Shown in pieces: positions 24,892-38,345 of a DNA stretch of 64,000 nucleotides (position 1 is the first letter of the stretch; each line of letters begins with the position of its first letter). The stretch spans positions 1 to 64,000 of the forward strand of contig RHPI01002998.1 in the NCBI GenBank assembly GCA_009103225.1, written 5' to 3'. The notes beneath the pieces are model-generated. The model did no database searches. It was not told the DNA's origin and was given only the letters and a program-made list of their open reading frames with translations. This DNA comes from Chlorokybus atmophyticus. Its lineage: Eukaryota > Plantae > Mesostigma and Chlorokybus algae. A program made the position numbers and the translations under genes.

Positions 24892-25555
24892 TCTGTCTGA
24901 CGTTGCATACAGCAGCAGCAGCAGTCTGGCAATGAACACACCCGTGCGCCACGCGAGTATGCGCAAGCGCGAATGCACATGCACACGCACACGCACATGC
25001 ACACCCTTTGTCACACAAGGACATGCACACGCGCACGCACCTACACATTCACGTACCCACACCCACACGCACACAATCCAAGTCCGTGTAGCACACACCA
25101 GAAGCACCACTTGGAACGCGTGTTTACACAATTGCATCAAGTCACACAACGACTTGACCCTCATACATGCTGTCCACTCTCACCGCTGCTGCCGGAAGAT
25201 GAGGCCTCTACCGCCAGGCCAGCCCGTGTTGCTGCTGCCGCCGCCGCATCCAGGCCTGGCTGCAGCCACAGCCACAGCAAGAGCAAGCTGAAGCCAATGT
25301 TGCTCTGTGCGTGTATGTGTGCGCACTGCTGCTGTGTTCACCAAAGCACAAGTACCGCAACAAGCTTACAGAGCTGCAGGCGGCGGCGTTGTGGTCGAGG
25401 GAGGCGGCGGCAGAAGCCTCCTCTTCCGGCGGCAACGCGCAGCAGCACTCGACCAGCAGCGAGCTACCAGCTCTCTGCTCCTCAGCCTCCTGCTGATGGC
25501 GCTCCGCAGCGACGTGGCCCGCCACCACCTCCAGCCGCCGCCTCCACGCCTCCAT
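23387..25555 (-). CDS. HINT3: HIT-family nucleotide hydrolase, plant HINT3/HIT3-like, with PTS2-like N-terminus
   Basis: Exons give MEAWRRRLEVVAGHV..., DSCVFCRIVQGRSPCHK, VYENEECICILDSNPLCPG, HTLVLPKRHFPSLESAPPT, VAAAMCAAVPRVSRAILQAT..SFNMLANCGRSAGQVVFH, LHFHIIPRRKNDGLWRSE. The HIT motif HxHxH is present. The last exon 23387-23482 is tentative. Confidence 0.93.
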
Positions 25556-25790
25556 GGCCACCGACCTCCCCCGCTCTATAGGCATAATCACGGTGGAGTC
25601 AGGCTCTATCTCTATATAACCCAAGCCGCACAAGCTTTGCACTTGTTGTGCGTTTGACCTTTGTACAAGCATGAACGTGCCCGGGTATAAGACACTTGGC
25701 ACAAGAGTTTGGCACTGCTTGTGCGCTGCCTTTCTTCTTATCCGCGGCTAATTGCATGTTGCATTGCATTGCACTGCATTGCTTTTCAGC

Positions 25791-25795
25791 ATGGC

Positions 25796-25826
<31 letters not shown>

Positions 25827-28180
25827 GTCGTCGTGGCGTTGCCGCAGGGCAGTAGTAGGCGCAGCCAGCAGAGAAGGAGAGCGCAGGTTGAGAGGGATAG
25901 AAACCCCTTTGAGTATAAGTCAGAAAACGAGGCACACGTCTGTGCGTGCTTGAGACAGCACCATGCTGCTGCTGTCTTAGCATGCTCCCATCCCACATGC
26001 TTTGCTTGCTTGCTTGACTTGGTCCGCTGGTTATAGTGACAATGCGTTAGGTTTGTGCAAGTATTACGCAATTTTGCTGGAAGAAGTCAGTTTGTTTGCG
26101 TGTGCAGAGCAATGGCAAAGCCTCCTCCCAGCAGCGGATAGCAATTTGCCAGGCCGGTAAGTGACCCTCTTGCCACGCACATAGACTGGAGTAGAGCTCA
26201 CTTTCCTAGTTGCTAGCTGTACATTAATTGAATCCGGTTTACTGTCACTCAGATTAAAAAACCTGCATTATCAATCAATGTCGCAGTGCACAGTCTATGT
26301 TGATCGTGCATAACTGCATGGTTTCTCATCACAGATTGCATCATGGGAGCATACGCACAAACAGATTATTGTGCACAGACACGAAAGCCCACGCACAGGC
26401 GCGTGCACATGCACGCACGCGCACACGCACGCACGCGCACACGGGGCGTCGTGACTCTGCTTGTTGCACACGTGTTGTTGAAACTTTCCAATGCTAGATT
26501 CAAGACAGGCTGATACTGAAAGAGATTATGCAACTGACCGCACATGCAATATGTTCACAACAGCTGACGTGAAGTTCTCGAGCCCGAAAACCGGCGCTGT
26601 CGGCATTGAACGCCACAAAGAGAAGGCCGAGCCGGGCACATACTGGGGAGAGCAAGGGTAAGGAAAAACAAACAGTAACAGACTTGCATGCTACACCATA
26701 ATACATAGACAAGTAACCTATACTGTGACTTTGTACTATTACACATTATACTATACCAACACTCTATACCACCACACACATGAGGCAGTACTATCATACA
26801 TTCACTCTGTACTACCACTCTATACTGGTACACATGACTACATTTAGTACAGCTGTTGCTTCTCTCAACTGTGGGTATGACATGTTGTGATGATCTGTTG
26901 TTATTCACGCAGGGCGGGGGGCGATGTCGTGTCGGTGACGTTTGACAACGGCGCCGATCAGGTGCAGATCACGGCCGAAGTCGGGGAGAACCTGCTTCGA
27001 GTGGCCGAGCGCGCGGGCGTGTTCTACGCTAACGACGTGAGCTCTGAGTTGTTGTGTCAACTCTGCTGAGGAAAGGCCATACTCTCTAAAGAGTCCTGTT
27101 TCCTACCTGCTGAGTTTGTGCATGCTGTTTGGTCAGGATTTTTGCTTTGAGGGCTCGTGCAATCTGTGCGAAATGGAGGTTGAAGGGGGAGCCCAGGAGG
27201 TAAGTTGAACCACAAGCTTGGTTCTCTTCCCCNNNNNNNNNNNNNNNNNNNNNNNNNNNNNNNNNNNNNNNNNNNNNNNNNNNNNNNNNNNNNNNNNNNN
27301 NNNNNNNNNNNNNNNNNNNNNNNNNNNNNNNNNNNNNNNNNNNNNNNNNNNNNNNNNNNNNNNNNNNNNNNNNNNNNNNNNNNNNNNNNNNNNNNNNNNN
27401 NNNNNNNNNNNNNNNNNNNNNNNNNNNNNNNNNNNNNNNNNNNNNNNNNNNNNNNNNNNNNNNNNNNNNNNNNNNNNNNNNNNNNNNNNNNNNNNNNNNN
27501 NNNNNNNNNNNNNNNNNNNNNNNNNNNNNNNNNNNNNNNNNNNNNNNNNNNNNNNNNNNNNNNNNNNNNNNNNNNNNNNNNNNNNNNNNNNNNNNNNNNN
27601 NNNNNNNNNNNNNNNNNNNNNNNNNNNNNNNNNNNNNNNNNNNNNNNNNNNNNNNNNNNNNNNNNNNNNNNNNNNNNNNNNNNNNNNNNNNNNNNNNNNN
27701 NNNNNNNNNNNNNNNNNNNNNNNNNNNNNNNNNNNNNNNNNNNNNNNNNNNNNNNNNNNNNNNNNNNNNNNNNNNNNNNNNNNNNNNNNNNNNNNNNNNN
27801 NNNNNNNCCCCGATCAATGTGTGCGCGCGTGTCCGTGTGTGCAAGCGATGAGTTGAAGTTGGCCAGTCAACTTCTTCACTCACTCGTCTAGTCATCTGTT
27901 CATCCACCATATCGTACGACCCAATGTTCTGGTTTCAAGCATCAGTTGTCAATGGAGTAATCCATGTGCAGGTTGGGTATCGTGCCATGGGCACCAATGA
28001 ACTCGTGCGCAGCTGTCTTTGCCCGGTAAGCTTGCTTGTAGTCAGTGACAAAATGTTGTGCACAGCTGCACTGTTGCATATGTGACATGCGCGTGCACAT
28101 TGCAGGTACCGCGCGACCGTCAAAAGGTCCAAGTGAACCTTATAAACAACGAGGACGTGTGGGGCGAGGACGTTGTGTGA
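25791..28180 (+). CDS. 2Fe-2S ferredoxin-like protein, probably plastid-targeted
   Basis: Exons VSVTFDNG..AEVGENLLRVAERAGV (26912-27054), DFCFEGSCNLCEMEV (C-x4-C-x2-C), ELVRSCLCP (4th Cys) and VPRDRQKVQVNLINNEDVWGEDVV*. Ala/Ser/Arg-rich transit-peptide-like N-terminus. One intron contains the N gap. Confidence 0.85.
27233..27807. other. Assembly gap (575 N)
   Basis: Run of N flanked by short C runs on both sides. Confidence 1.
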
Positions 28181-29255
28181 CAGGTAAAAGCCAGTCTGGC
28201 CAGGGACCCACGTTGATCCAGTCATGCATTGCGTGTGTGTGAGTGTGCGTGTGTGTGCATATGAACGTGTGCGTGAAGGCTTGTCCCAATAATTGATGTG
28301 TATCGCGTGAGATGAGAGCATTTTGTTGTGGGGTAACTATGTGTTCTTCTGGTAGGTACATGCTGACTTTCGCTTCTCTCAAGACAATGGCACGCAAGGG
28401 ACTTTGAGTGATGTTTCATCCTGATAGGCGGCAGCGTGTATGGCCAGTTCTCCTGGCTTGCGGCGAAGAGTTTCAGCAAACTTACACGCACAAACATAAC
28501 AGACAAAGTCGTTCAGTGTCATACATTAGTCATGCAAAGTGCACACAGAATGCGTGTGCTCAAACACACTCGCGCACGCAGTCAATATCTCCCAACTGCA
28601 GATGTCACCATCAACTGTGCAACGCAATGGTTGTAGCAAACTTTTTATTTCGTGTAGTTCGTCTACTCCTCTCACATGCATCTTACAACATACTACAGCT
28701 TATTTGGACAAGATTAAATTTTAAATTAATCGATTGATCTGGTTGAACAGATATTTCATGCAGGGTCGCAATTTTAAACTGAAAACGTACAAATAATTTT
28801 GTACAAAGCGTAGTAAAGAGCATCCCGAGACACTGCAGACCAAAAGTTTATTTGGTCTGTGGTAGTCATAAAACGTCAACATACGTGTTTGACCCCCACC
28901 CCCACCCACCTGCCTGGAATATCACCTCCCTTCCCAGCGACACTTTCCTGTGGATTGATGACCATGTGTGTTGCTCAGGTGTACATGATGTTGAGACCAT
29001 GGACGCTATTGCACCCAGCATAGTGCATTCTTTGCTATGACTTGTGCGTCAAAATCTACACTTGCCAAGTGGAATGCAGGCGCGATGCTGGAAACTCTGG
29101 ACTCTGCGCCTGACTCGTTGCTATTGATCGAATGGACCACTGAACCAGCTGCGCACGACTGTACGAAGTAAAGAATAATAGTTGTGAAGCTTTGGTCACT
29201 ACAGTAATGTACAACAACGACACAATGTGAAGGCAACACTCTATATATACCATGT

Positions 29256-32200
29256 CTAGGTTGAATCCCGTGCGGAAAGGTCTAGTAGTTGTTGTAGTTG
29301 TTGTGATGTTGATGAGTGCGATGCGTGTGAGGGTGTATTAGTTTCAGAAGCTTGCGAACTCTCCCTTACAGTGGGCAACCACTTGTCACCTTGCTCCTGC
29401 GACACATAACACTTTATTATCCAGCCTGCTGAGATGCCACAATGACCGGGCATGTACCACGTGTCAACATCTACGACATGTTGACAATGTCAATTGCGTG
29501 TGCACGCATGAGAGTCTGCGTGCCTGCGTGTGCTTGTGTGTGTGCACAAAAACGTGCATGAGCATGGTTTGTCCTAGTGTTTACGTGTGTGTATGTACGT
29601 GATTGCGCATGCATGTGCATGTCTTTGTGTTTGCGTGTGTCTGTCTTTGAGTGCCTGTGTGTGTGCGTGTATACGTGAACAATGATGCATGGCGGTATCA
29701 GCAAGATGTGAAGGACTCGCAGCAACTGTTACCTTGAGCAAGTCACTGACGTTAGAAGAGGGTGGCGAGAGCCCTGTTCTGGATGGTGTTGGTGACGGCA
29801 TGCCCCTGGCAGCATTGGTATGCTTTATTGGGAAGGAGGAGGACCGTCCAACGCGTGCGACGGCAGAGACAGCGTGCTGGAGTGGGGATGGGAAGTGTGT
29901 GGGCGTGGCGGGTGTCTGCTGATGCTGCGCGGGCATGGTGGCTGTGTTGTTGGCTGTGTTGTTGGCTGTCGATGGGGGTGGGTTTGCAACACTTGCTGGG
30001 GAGACCTGTGCTGTCAGCGGGTGCGTCCGAAGCGACGTGTTGGGTCCACTGTCGCTCTTGGGGAGCTGCAAAGCCCTGTCAATGTCCTCCGGCAGCCCGC
30101 GGTGCCTCCCGAGCAAGATAATGAGTATCAGCACCAGCTGCACATATAAATACAGTAAGCTGTCTGCTTGGGCTTGCATTGCAAGTAACCACAAGCACAC
30201 CGCACATGTTGGGTTGGAAGCACACCACAAGGATGGATGGATGGTTCCTCACCTTCGACAGCGCATGCCATGTGCCGGCAAAGGTATACACAACTGTAGG
30301 GTATCCAAGTGTGAGCCCGACGTTGCCGTAGGCGGAAATGATTTCAAAGAGGACGGCAAACACCTGCAGGCATGGTAGTGCTCATGCTTACGTTGGAGTG
30401 GTAAGTACAACAAGGTTTTCAACAGCGCAATGTACAAACATCCAACCTGGAAGTAGGGATCATGACGGTCAAATTGAGGCTTCTCAATGATGCAGATGAC
30501 GAATATTGACATGAACAAGAGGACAGTATCTCGGAGAAGTAGCTTCCGGCCTTGGACCCACACGTGGTCGGCTTCCGCCCTCTCTAACAGCGCCTCCTCA
30601 TGCGTCAAACCCAACTCCTTCAACTCGTACTCATCTGTTACCTGCATGAGAGGAAAACCAGAGCAGGCTGTGAGCGTGTGCCATCAAGGCAACCTCTACA
30701 CAAGTACATGAACGCGCAATCAATGCATGTTCACGCACCTGTGAGTTCTGCCGGGATATGTAGAGCGGATAAACGGCGAGATACATGAGGCCCGTGTAGA
30801 GCCACACCATGGCGGGACTGAGCAAAGCGACATTCACGGCATTGAGCCCCGCACTGCGTGTGGCTATTGACTGAAACAGCCCTGTTACCAGCTTGTGGCC
30901 TGGTTGCAACCCCTCAACAGCTGGAGAGTCCCAATCGAGGACTTGAAAAAAGAAGAACTCGACCGCGTTGATGACTGCGAGGGCCACAAATAGAATGCGC
31001 GTTTGTGCCGCCGGGAACAAGTGCGTGAAACACCTGTGTAGCAAAATGTGCTTAGGCTTTGCCCCCCAAGCCTCCAAGCCTAGTGTGCTGTATGTGAATC
31101 GCAAAACCAACCTGCGGGGGTACTTGAGGAGATAGGTGCAGGCATCCCGCTGCTCCGCAGAGTGTGCGTACCGGGACCTCAAACGGATGATCTCCCGTAG
31201 CACTATTGGGAAAGCAGTGTTTCCTACGAACAAAGGCTGTCAGTCAGGAAAAAAAGTCACGCTATGGGTGTTTGTTTGAGAACAACACAACTCTAATGGG
31301 GTTGTACCAAGAAGGATGAGAGCGGACATGACGAGGAGTATGAGCGTGGCGCGCTGGAAAGGTATCATGTTGGCGGACAGGAGGCTGAAGCCAGCGTTGT
31401 TGAACGCCGACACGCCCTGGAACACGCTGAACCACCACGGGTTGACAAAGTTCTGCTTCAACAAATTCGACGTGGTTGCGTCGTAGATAAACTCAATGCG
31501 GATTAGCAAGATCCCCACCAACTGTATGGCCAAAAAGTACAGCGGCACTAGCATGGACAGCTCCCGCAACGCATTGTACTCTATAGATTGTCTCAATCGT
31601 TTCGACGCTTCTGCAAGGTACGCCTCATCCGCCAGGTATTCTGCGTCAAACACAGAGCCATCTGTCCTTGGAGACTCGGCATCGCTGCCAGGAGCCTGTG
31701 ACACACCCACAAACAAAGTCGCATTGTTGGTTGTGCACACATGCACCCCCAGGCACGCGCATCCCTACGCGCGCGCACGCACGCATGCACGCACGCAAGC
31801 GCACACACACATGCACTCGCTTGCGATGTGCATTCTGCCTGCACTCGCTTGCGATGGCATACCACGCTGCGGGTGGCAGCACTTGCGGCCCGCGTGCGTA
31901 TACGCTGCAACTTCTCCATGGTTTCCAGGAGCTCTGTGCCGGTGATGGGTATGGGGTCTCCAGTGATTTGGGACAGTGAATTGCGGTGGTGCTGCAGGAT
32001 CTGAAGGGGGTCCTCCCCCCCGCTCCACGTGATGTTCGGGTCGAACTCGGACGTATCCGCTGGCGTATCTGGCACTCTCCATGAGGAATCCAGCGTGGTC
32101 ACTGCACGCATTAGATGAACCTTCTTCTTTGCTGGCTGCGGGGCCACTACACACGTCGTCACGCTCCGTGCCAGCTGCGGTCTTGCAATCTGAGATGAAG

Positions 32201-35149
32201 AACACTCAGCTGCAAGCTGGGCTAATGATACTTACTTTCGCATGCGCACTTGCCCCCATGTGCATACACACATGCGTGTACATCCAAACACATGCATGCA
32301 CAGGCGCGTGCACATGCACAAATCGCAGTATCATCTTGTCTGGTGGTGGATGCAGCTGGTATACACGCGTGCATACGCATGCACTCAGAGGCACACGTGA
32401 GCGCACACCCACGCGTACACACCGTGGGGTACTCTTGTGATGGCCGTGCGGCGTTTTCCTCATGAAGGACTTCAAAATCTGCTAGTGAAGCCGCCAAGTC
32501 TATGCTGTTGACAGAATGGATGCGGGGCCGGGTGGAACCTGAACTGAAACTGTTCTGAGCTGACAAACTCGTCGAAGGTTTGTCTGCTGCTCCTGTAAGC
32601 GAGCGCGACCGCACGAATCGCGACAACTGGCTCAGGTGTGGAGGCCGGTGTTGCGGGTCCATTTCCTGTGCAGTGCGAGGCTTAGCAGCGGTTGCAAGCA
32701 CCATATCTAATGTCAGACAGGAATACAGAGCAAATTGCTCATGACAATGGCAAGCGTTGTAACAAGCAGAGGGGTTATACAGCTAGAGTTACAAGGCTCC
32801 CCCTCAACTTCGCACAGGTTTAGAGGTGATACTTCTTGACCGCAAAAAGACCAGTCTAGCACTCACATCAACAAGTAGTCTGGACAAGCTTTCTCAAATC
32901 TAATCCAACTCAGATTCGAATGGGCTTTGCATTTATGAAACCAAGCTAGGACTTGAGTACAGTGCTGGAAAAAGAGTCAGATGCAGCCATGTGCAATGCA
33001 CTTTTCGCTGAATGTGTCATGTGCATGGTGCAGTAGCCAACCTGCAGAGTGCGCTGGATGAAGCGGAAGGCCTTTTTTGACGCCTTCGGCTGCACTTTCA
33101 CCACCACATCATCTTCCGTTTCAACTGCTGGAGTCAGGATCAGCGGGGCTGGTCGTCTCAGTTGCGGCCTGTTGAAGCGCTTGTCACCACATTTGAACAA
33201 TAATGATTTCAAAGACAATATTACCCCTCTCGTATTGAGCCGCCATTGGACTTTGTGTCTGTTCTTGCCAATACTGGCTGTGCGAGCGGTGGTACAGCAT
33301 AGGCTGACACAGATAAAGGCATGTCAAGTACGAGTGACAGTTTGAAAGGGTAGTCATCACCACAACGGCACGACAGGTAGCACGTACCTGGTGGTTCATG
33401 GAATGTCATCTCAAGCACCGCCCGCTTAAAGTAATAACGCCTGACCAGCACCGGAACCAGGCTCATGAACACCTGTGTTGGCACAGTGCACAAGGGTTTG
33501 CATGCGCACGTGTCTGAGAGTGCATAGGTGTGGCCACTTCTATATGTGACTGGCATTGTGTGAGCCCTTTTCACACAGCAGCCATGTGTGGAGTACCTGG
33601 GAGCCAGAGATCATCAACACGCAGATGATGACTTGGCTCATCACGGATAGACGAGCCATATCTATAGTTGTCATCCCAGTGACACACATCGCCGACGTGG
33701 CAATGAACAGTGCATCCACATAATCAAGGTGCTCCGTGCCTTCGCCCCAGTTACCCCATAAGAATATGGAAGTGATCAGAATCGCCACGGTGAAGTATGT
33801 GAGATGTATCCCTGGCACACAGTTGTGGAGTATGTTGGTAAGAGCTAGCTCGCACGATCAGCGCTCAGACGCACTTGCATGCGCAGGCACTCATGCACAC
33901 ATACACGCACACGAATGCGCACACGCACATGCAGATTGTCCGCTGCTTACTGTAGTACGTCAAGTGTCGCCTGAGCCATACTGGCACAAATGTATTTGAC
34001 TGCGGCTTGTCAACAACATTACGCCAAAAGTTCGTCAACCTCACAATGTACCTGCGGTACACGAGATCTCCGTTGGCACAAACAAGTGACACCCGTACAG
34101 TGCCACACGCACGCAAACAGCCCATTGCAAGCTTGGGGCTTGAGTGCCTCAACCGATGGGCTGTCTGGTCTTGCAATGCGATTGCCTTAACCAGAGGCAG
34201 ACAAGCACTGAGCCCTTGTGTGTGGCAAGCTTGTTGTTGCTGCAATCTAGCTTGTGAGGTTGCAAGCTCATTATTTGTGATAACCAATGGTTGAAGGCGT
34301 GAAACACTTGTAACATTGCCACGGCAAGCTAAACAAGCTTGCCACCCAGCTCCCGCATGCGCGTGGTGGTGGTGTGGGGGCGGGGGGCAACCTTACTTAA
34401 GCTTGATTGTTGCTGCAGCTTAGCAAGTACAGTTGTGATTTGCAGATCTTAGAAGGCAAGCTTGTTGCAATGTTGCTTGCTTGGCAGCAGCAACCAAGCT
34501 TGTAAGCTGCAAACTCCGTGATTGACTGCTTCAACCACTGCCCGAGGTAACCAGCACTGAGCTTGCAACCTTGCAAGCTTGATTGTAGCTACAGCAAAGT
34601 AAACAATGTTGCAAAAAGCTTGTCACGCAACATCTGCAATCTACAACAGGGGGCGGTTGCACTGCACCACAACGTGTCATATTTGCAAATTGTCGTGATT
34701 GGCAAGATCTGTCATCGTACTGAAGATCGGAATAGCTGGAAACTGGTGCATTGAGGTGCAGAGTGACCCGTCATGTGCGTACCCCAATCAGAGCTACTTG
34801 TTGTGTGCTGCAGCAGTGCTACAGGGCAGCGCTGCAGCAGAAAGACACCACTAAGAAAGCTCAAACATTCTAAGCTTAATATCAAGCACACACGATCACA
34901 CGTAAGGCTTATATAAGGCTAACAAACATCAACCCTTGAGCTCCGTTTAAGCTATGATTGCAGCTGCATTGCAAAGTTCACTCACCACCGCCGCAGTCGC
35001 TGCACCAGCCTCCTCCCCCCCTGCCTCCCAAGACCCGATTTTCGCCGCCCTAGCTCGCCTGCCGGCTTCTTCTTAGCCCCTGCTGAGGGGGAGGGCAGCT
35101 TGTGGGGGGCGGCAACGTCCTCGTCCTCTGCCGCCGCTGCCACCGCCAT
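29256..35149 (-). CDS. TRK: Trk/HKT cation transporter, paralogue A
   Basis: Four pore motifs: ATSAMCVTGMTT, SAFNNAGFSLL, SIATRSAGLN, SAYGNVGLTLG. Also IEYNALREL, KYPRR and LLGRHRGLPE. Exon-by-exon homology to the + strand paralogue. Confidence 0.95.
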
Positions 35150-35712
35150 GGTGGAGGCCAGCAGCTGCTGCTGGCCCAGCACGGCCTCCCTCCTGCTCTC
35201 TGCTTGTGTTTTGCTCTGCTTGCTGGTTGCTGCCCTGCGTAACTTGTCAATGCGGTCCAATGCACTACAGTTAATGCGCTGCCCTACTCGCGGTGAATCA
35301 ACCGGAGGTTTGTTGGAGTTCATCCCGAGCGGTGAATCACAAACCGTGATTCACGGAAAAGCACTCATGGAACGCTTGCCACTCAGCAACTGGACTCTCC
35401 TGTCTGTTACCGACGTGGAAAGCGTTTGTTTGGAACGCACATTTCCTCCACAAGTACATGACAAGTGGTACCTGCCATACCAGCTTACCACTCAAAGCAT
35501 GAAGTGGTAAAGCTATTCGCATTTTACATGCACGCTAGATTAGAGTTACAGGTAGTAGCGGGTTATCATTACTGTAGTAGCTAAATACTTTCACCATATT
35601 TGTATGAGTGTGCTCAAGACCTAAAATTGGCATGGAATAAAAATAATCGACTTAATAGACATATATTTGGTTTATTTCGTTAAGCGCATTACAATGCAAA
35701 GCAGAGTCCTTC

Positions 35713-35771
<59 letters not shown>

Positions 35772-35775
35772 TATG
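35713..35775. repeat. (AT)n followed by (ACATAT)n
   Basis: Directly visible. Confidence 0.85.
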
Positions 35776-36008
35776 TAAAGTGTTCAAATATGGAGCTCCT
35801 TCTTCTCTATGTTGAAATGTCATAATTGAAGGTGTCCATACGCGTAACATTATTCGTAGTTTTAAATGAATTCAAAATATAATATGTCAACATTGCGAAA
35901 TATTATACACGAGCACGAGTGCAATACATTTCATTTAAATATATACACATAGATATATGTATATGTATACATTGCATTTACATATATACACATGTATATA
36001 CATATATA

Positions 36009-36618
<610 letters not shown>

Positions 36619-38345
36619 GCGTTCAGTCTTCTTCACTCTCAAGCCATGCGACGAGGTAATCAATGTTCATGTATTTCAACCGCTTGCAAGCACAAGCTTC
36701 AACTCGATTAATACTTTTAATCTGCATAACTGTTGATATTAAGATTCTCGAGGTGGCGGGATTGAATTATGTCCTTAATAACTGCTAACCTCGAGATAAT
36801 GTTTATATTTATGCGGTTGAATGCTAGCTTTGATCCAATTTCGAGACAGCTGATTACATTCCAAACATGCGTGTTTAAAATAAAGGCTCTTAACCGCAAA
36901 GACGCCATCATGACATCACGGTAGCCGATTCATTGTCAAAGGCCGCTGCAATAAAGGTGACGCAGGTTACTTATGTTGTAAAACGTTGTAATCAAGACTC
37001 ATCCCGTGTGGATTGATGTGACTATAACATAAAGAAAACGAAACCTTGCCGGTCGCGGCGGCCTTAACAACTTCATGTGCCGCACTTAATCAAAAAATAT
37101 TTGCTTAAGTGTCACTCTTGCAATCCAACATTTTACTAATTAGCATTGATTGAGGTATTATAATAATATATGAGAATGTTAATACGAGATCGTGCATTCA
37201 ATGTTAAATAAAGTTATTACATCACACAATAACTTGATTAAGCCTAACATGTGTTTTTGTTGAGAGAGCGGCACCGGCTTGATTGTAGCAAGCCAGCTCG
37301 CTGTAAAAACAACGTTGCATGGATTGCATAATATGCGCAGGCTTCCTTGCACGACAATTTACTACAATCATAATGCACTAGTAATAACTGCGATACACCT
37401 TTAATATGTTTGCCGCTATGGGTCTAGTGGCATTCAACGTCCAAAAGCTATCGCACATTATATTATATACATGTGCTATGTTGTTTAAGTTGAGAAGTCA
37501 CTTACCAACCGACAGCAATGGTAATGTAGTGCAAAATGCATTACAAGCGTGGCTCTGATTATCATGTGTATTGCTTTAGATATTACGACTTGCAACTTTG
37601 TATGATATCAATTTACATGTGTTACACCGAAAGCTTGATCTCAATGATCACATAAAACAAAGTAATACATGAGCGGTGCATATCATTAACGATTTTCCCT
37701 CCGTACTCGACTGACATCGAGCAACTGATATAATACAAATCTTTGCGATCGAGTGCATCGATGCACACCAACTGCAAAGTAATATGCGAAGATATACCAG
37801 TATATGGTATGTCATTCACACTGCAGCATGCTGTTTAACAATGACTACACACTTACAGATGTGCTTCCCTTTATGGAGCATAATGATTGAACATCGGCAT
37901 CGTGCTTTACACACCAATAACCAAATTGTTTATGACATGGTGCACGAAACTTCAACATATAATTATTAAAGTTGATCACATAATGCCTTTTCATCTTTTT
38001 GCTTTTGAACTATCGTCATGCTTATGACAACTTTACTATAGCTTATGTACCATCAAATTATAGCTTTCACCATCGCATGTGGAGTATACTCCGGGTATAC
38101 CCAGTACACGCGTAGCATCAATGTATTGTGAATATGTGTACAACGCAGGCAAGATAGTGTTCTTGATGTATGGCTAACAACTTCCGGTATAAGAATCTTT
38201 GTCACACATTCTGTACATGAAAGTTGCAAAGCGGTAATCATGGCTCGTGGGTATGCCACGCGTCGGCTTAGTCAAGTAGTGCCATGCACGCATGCGCAAC
38301 TCTGTAGTGGCATGCCATCCACCCTGAATGGAGCGGGCGTCCAGC

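Noticed and set aside
27086-27910. ORFs of more than 200 aa across the gap
   Set aside because: Open only because N bases give X residues.
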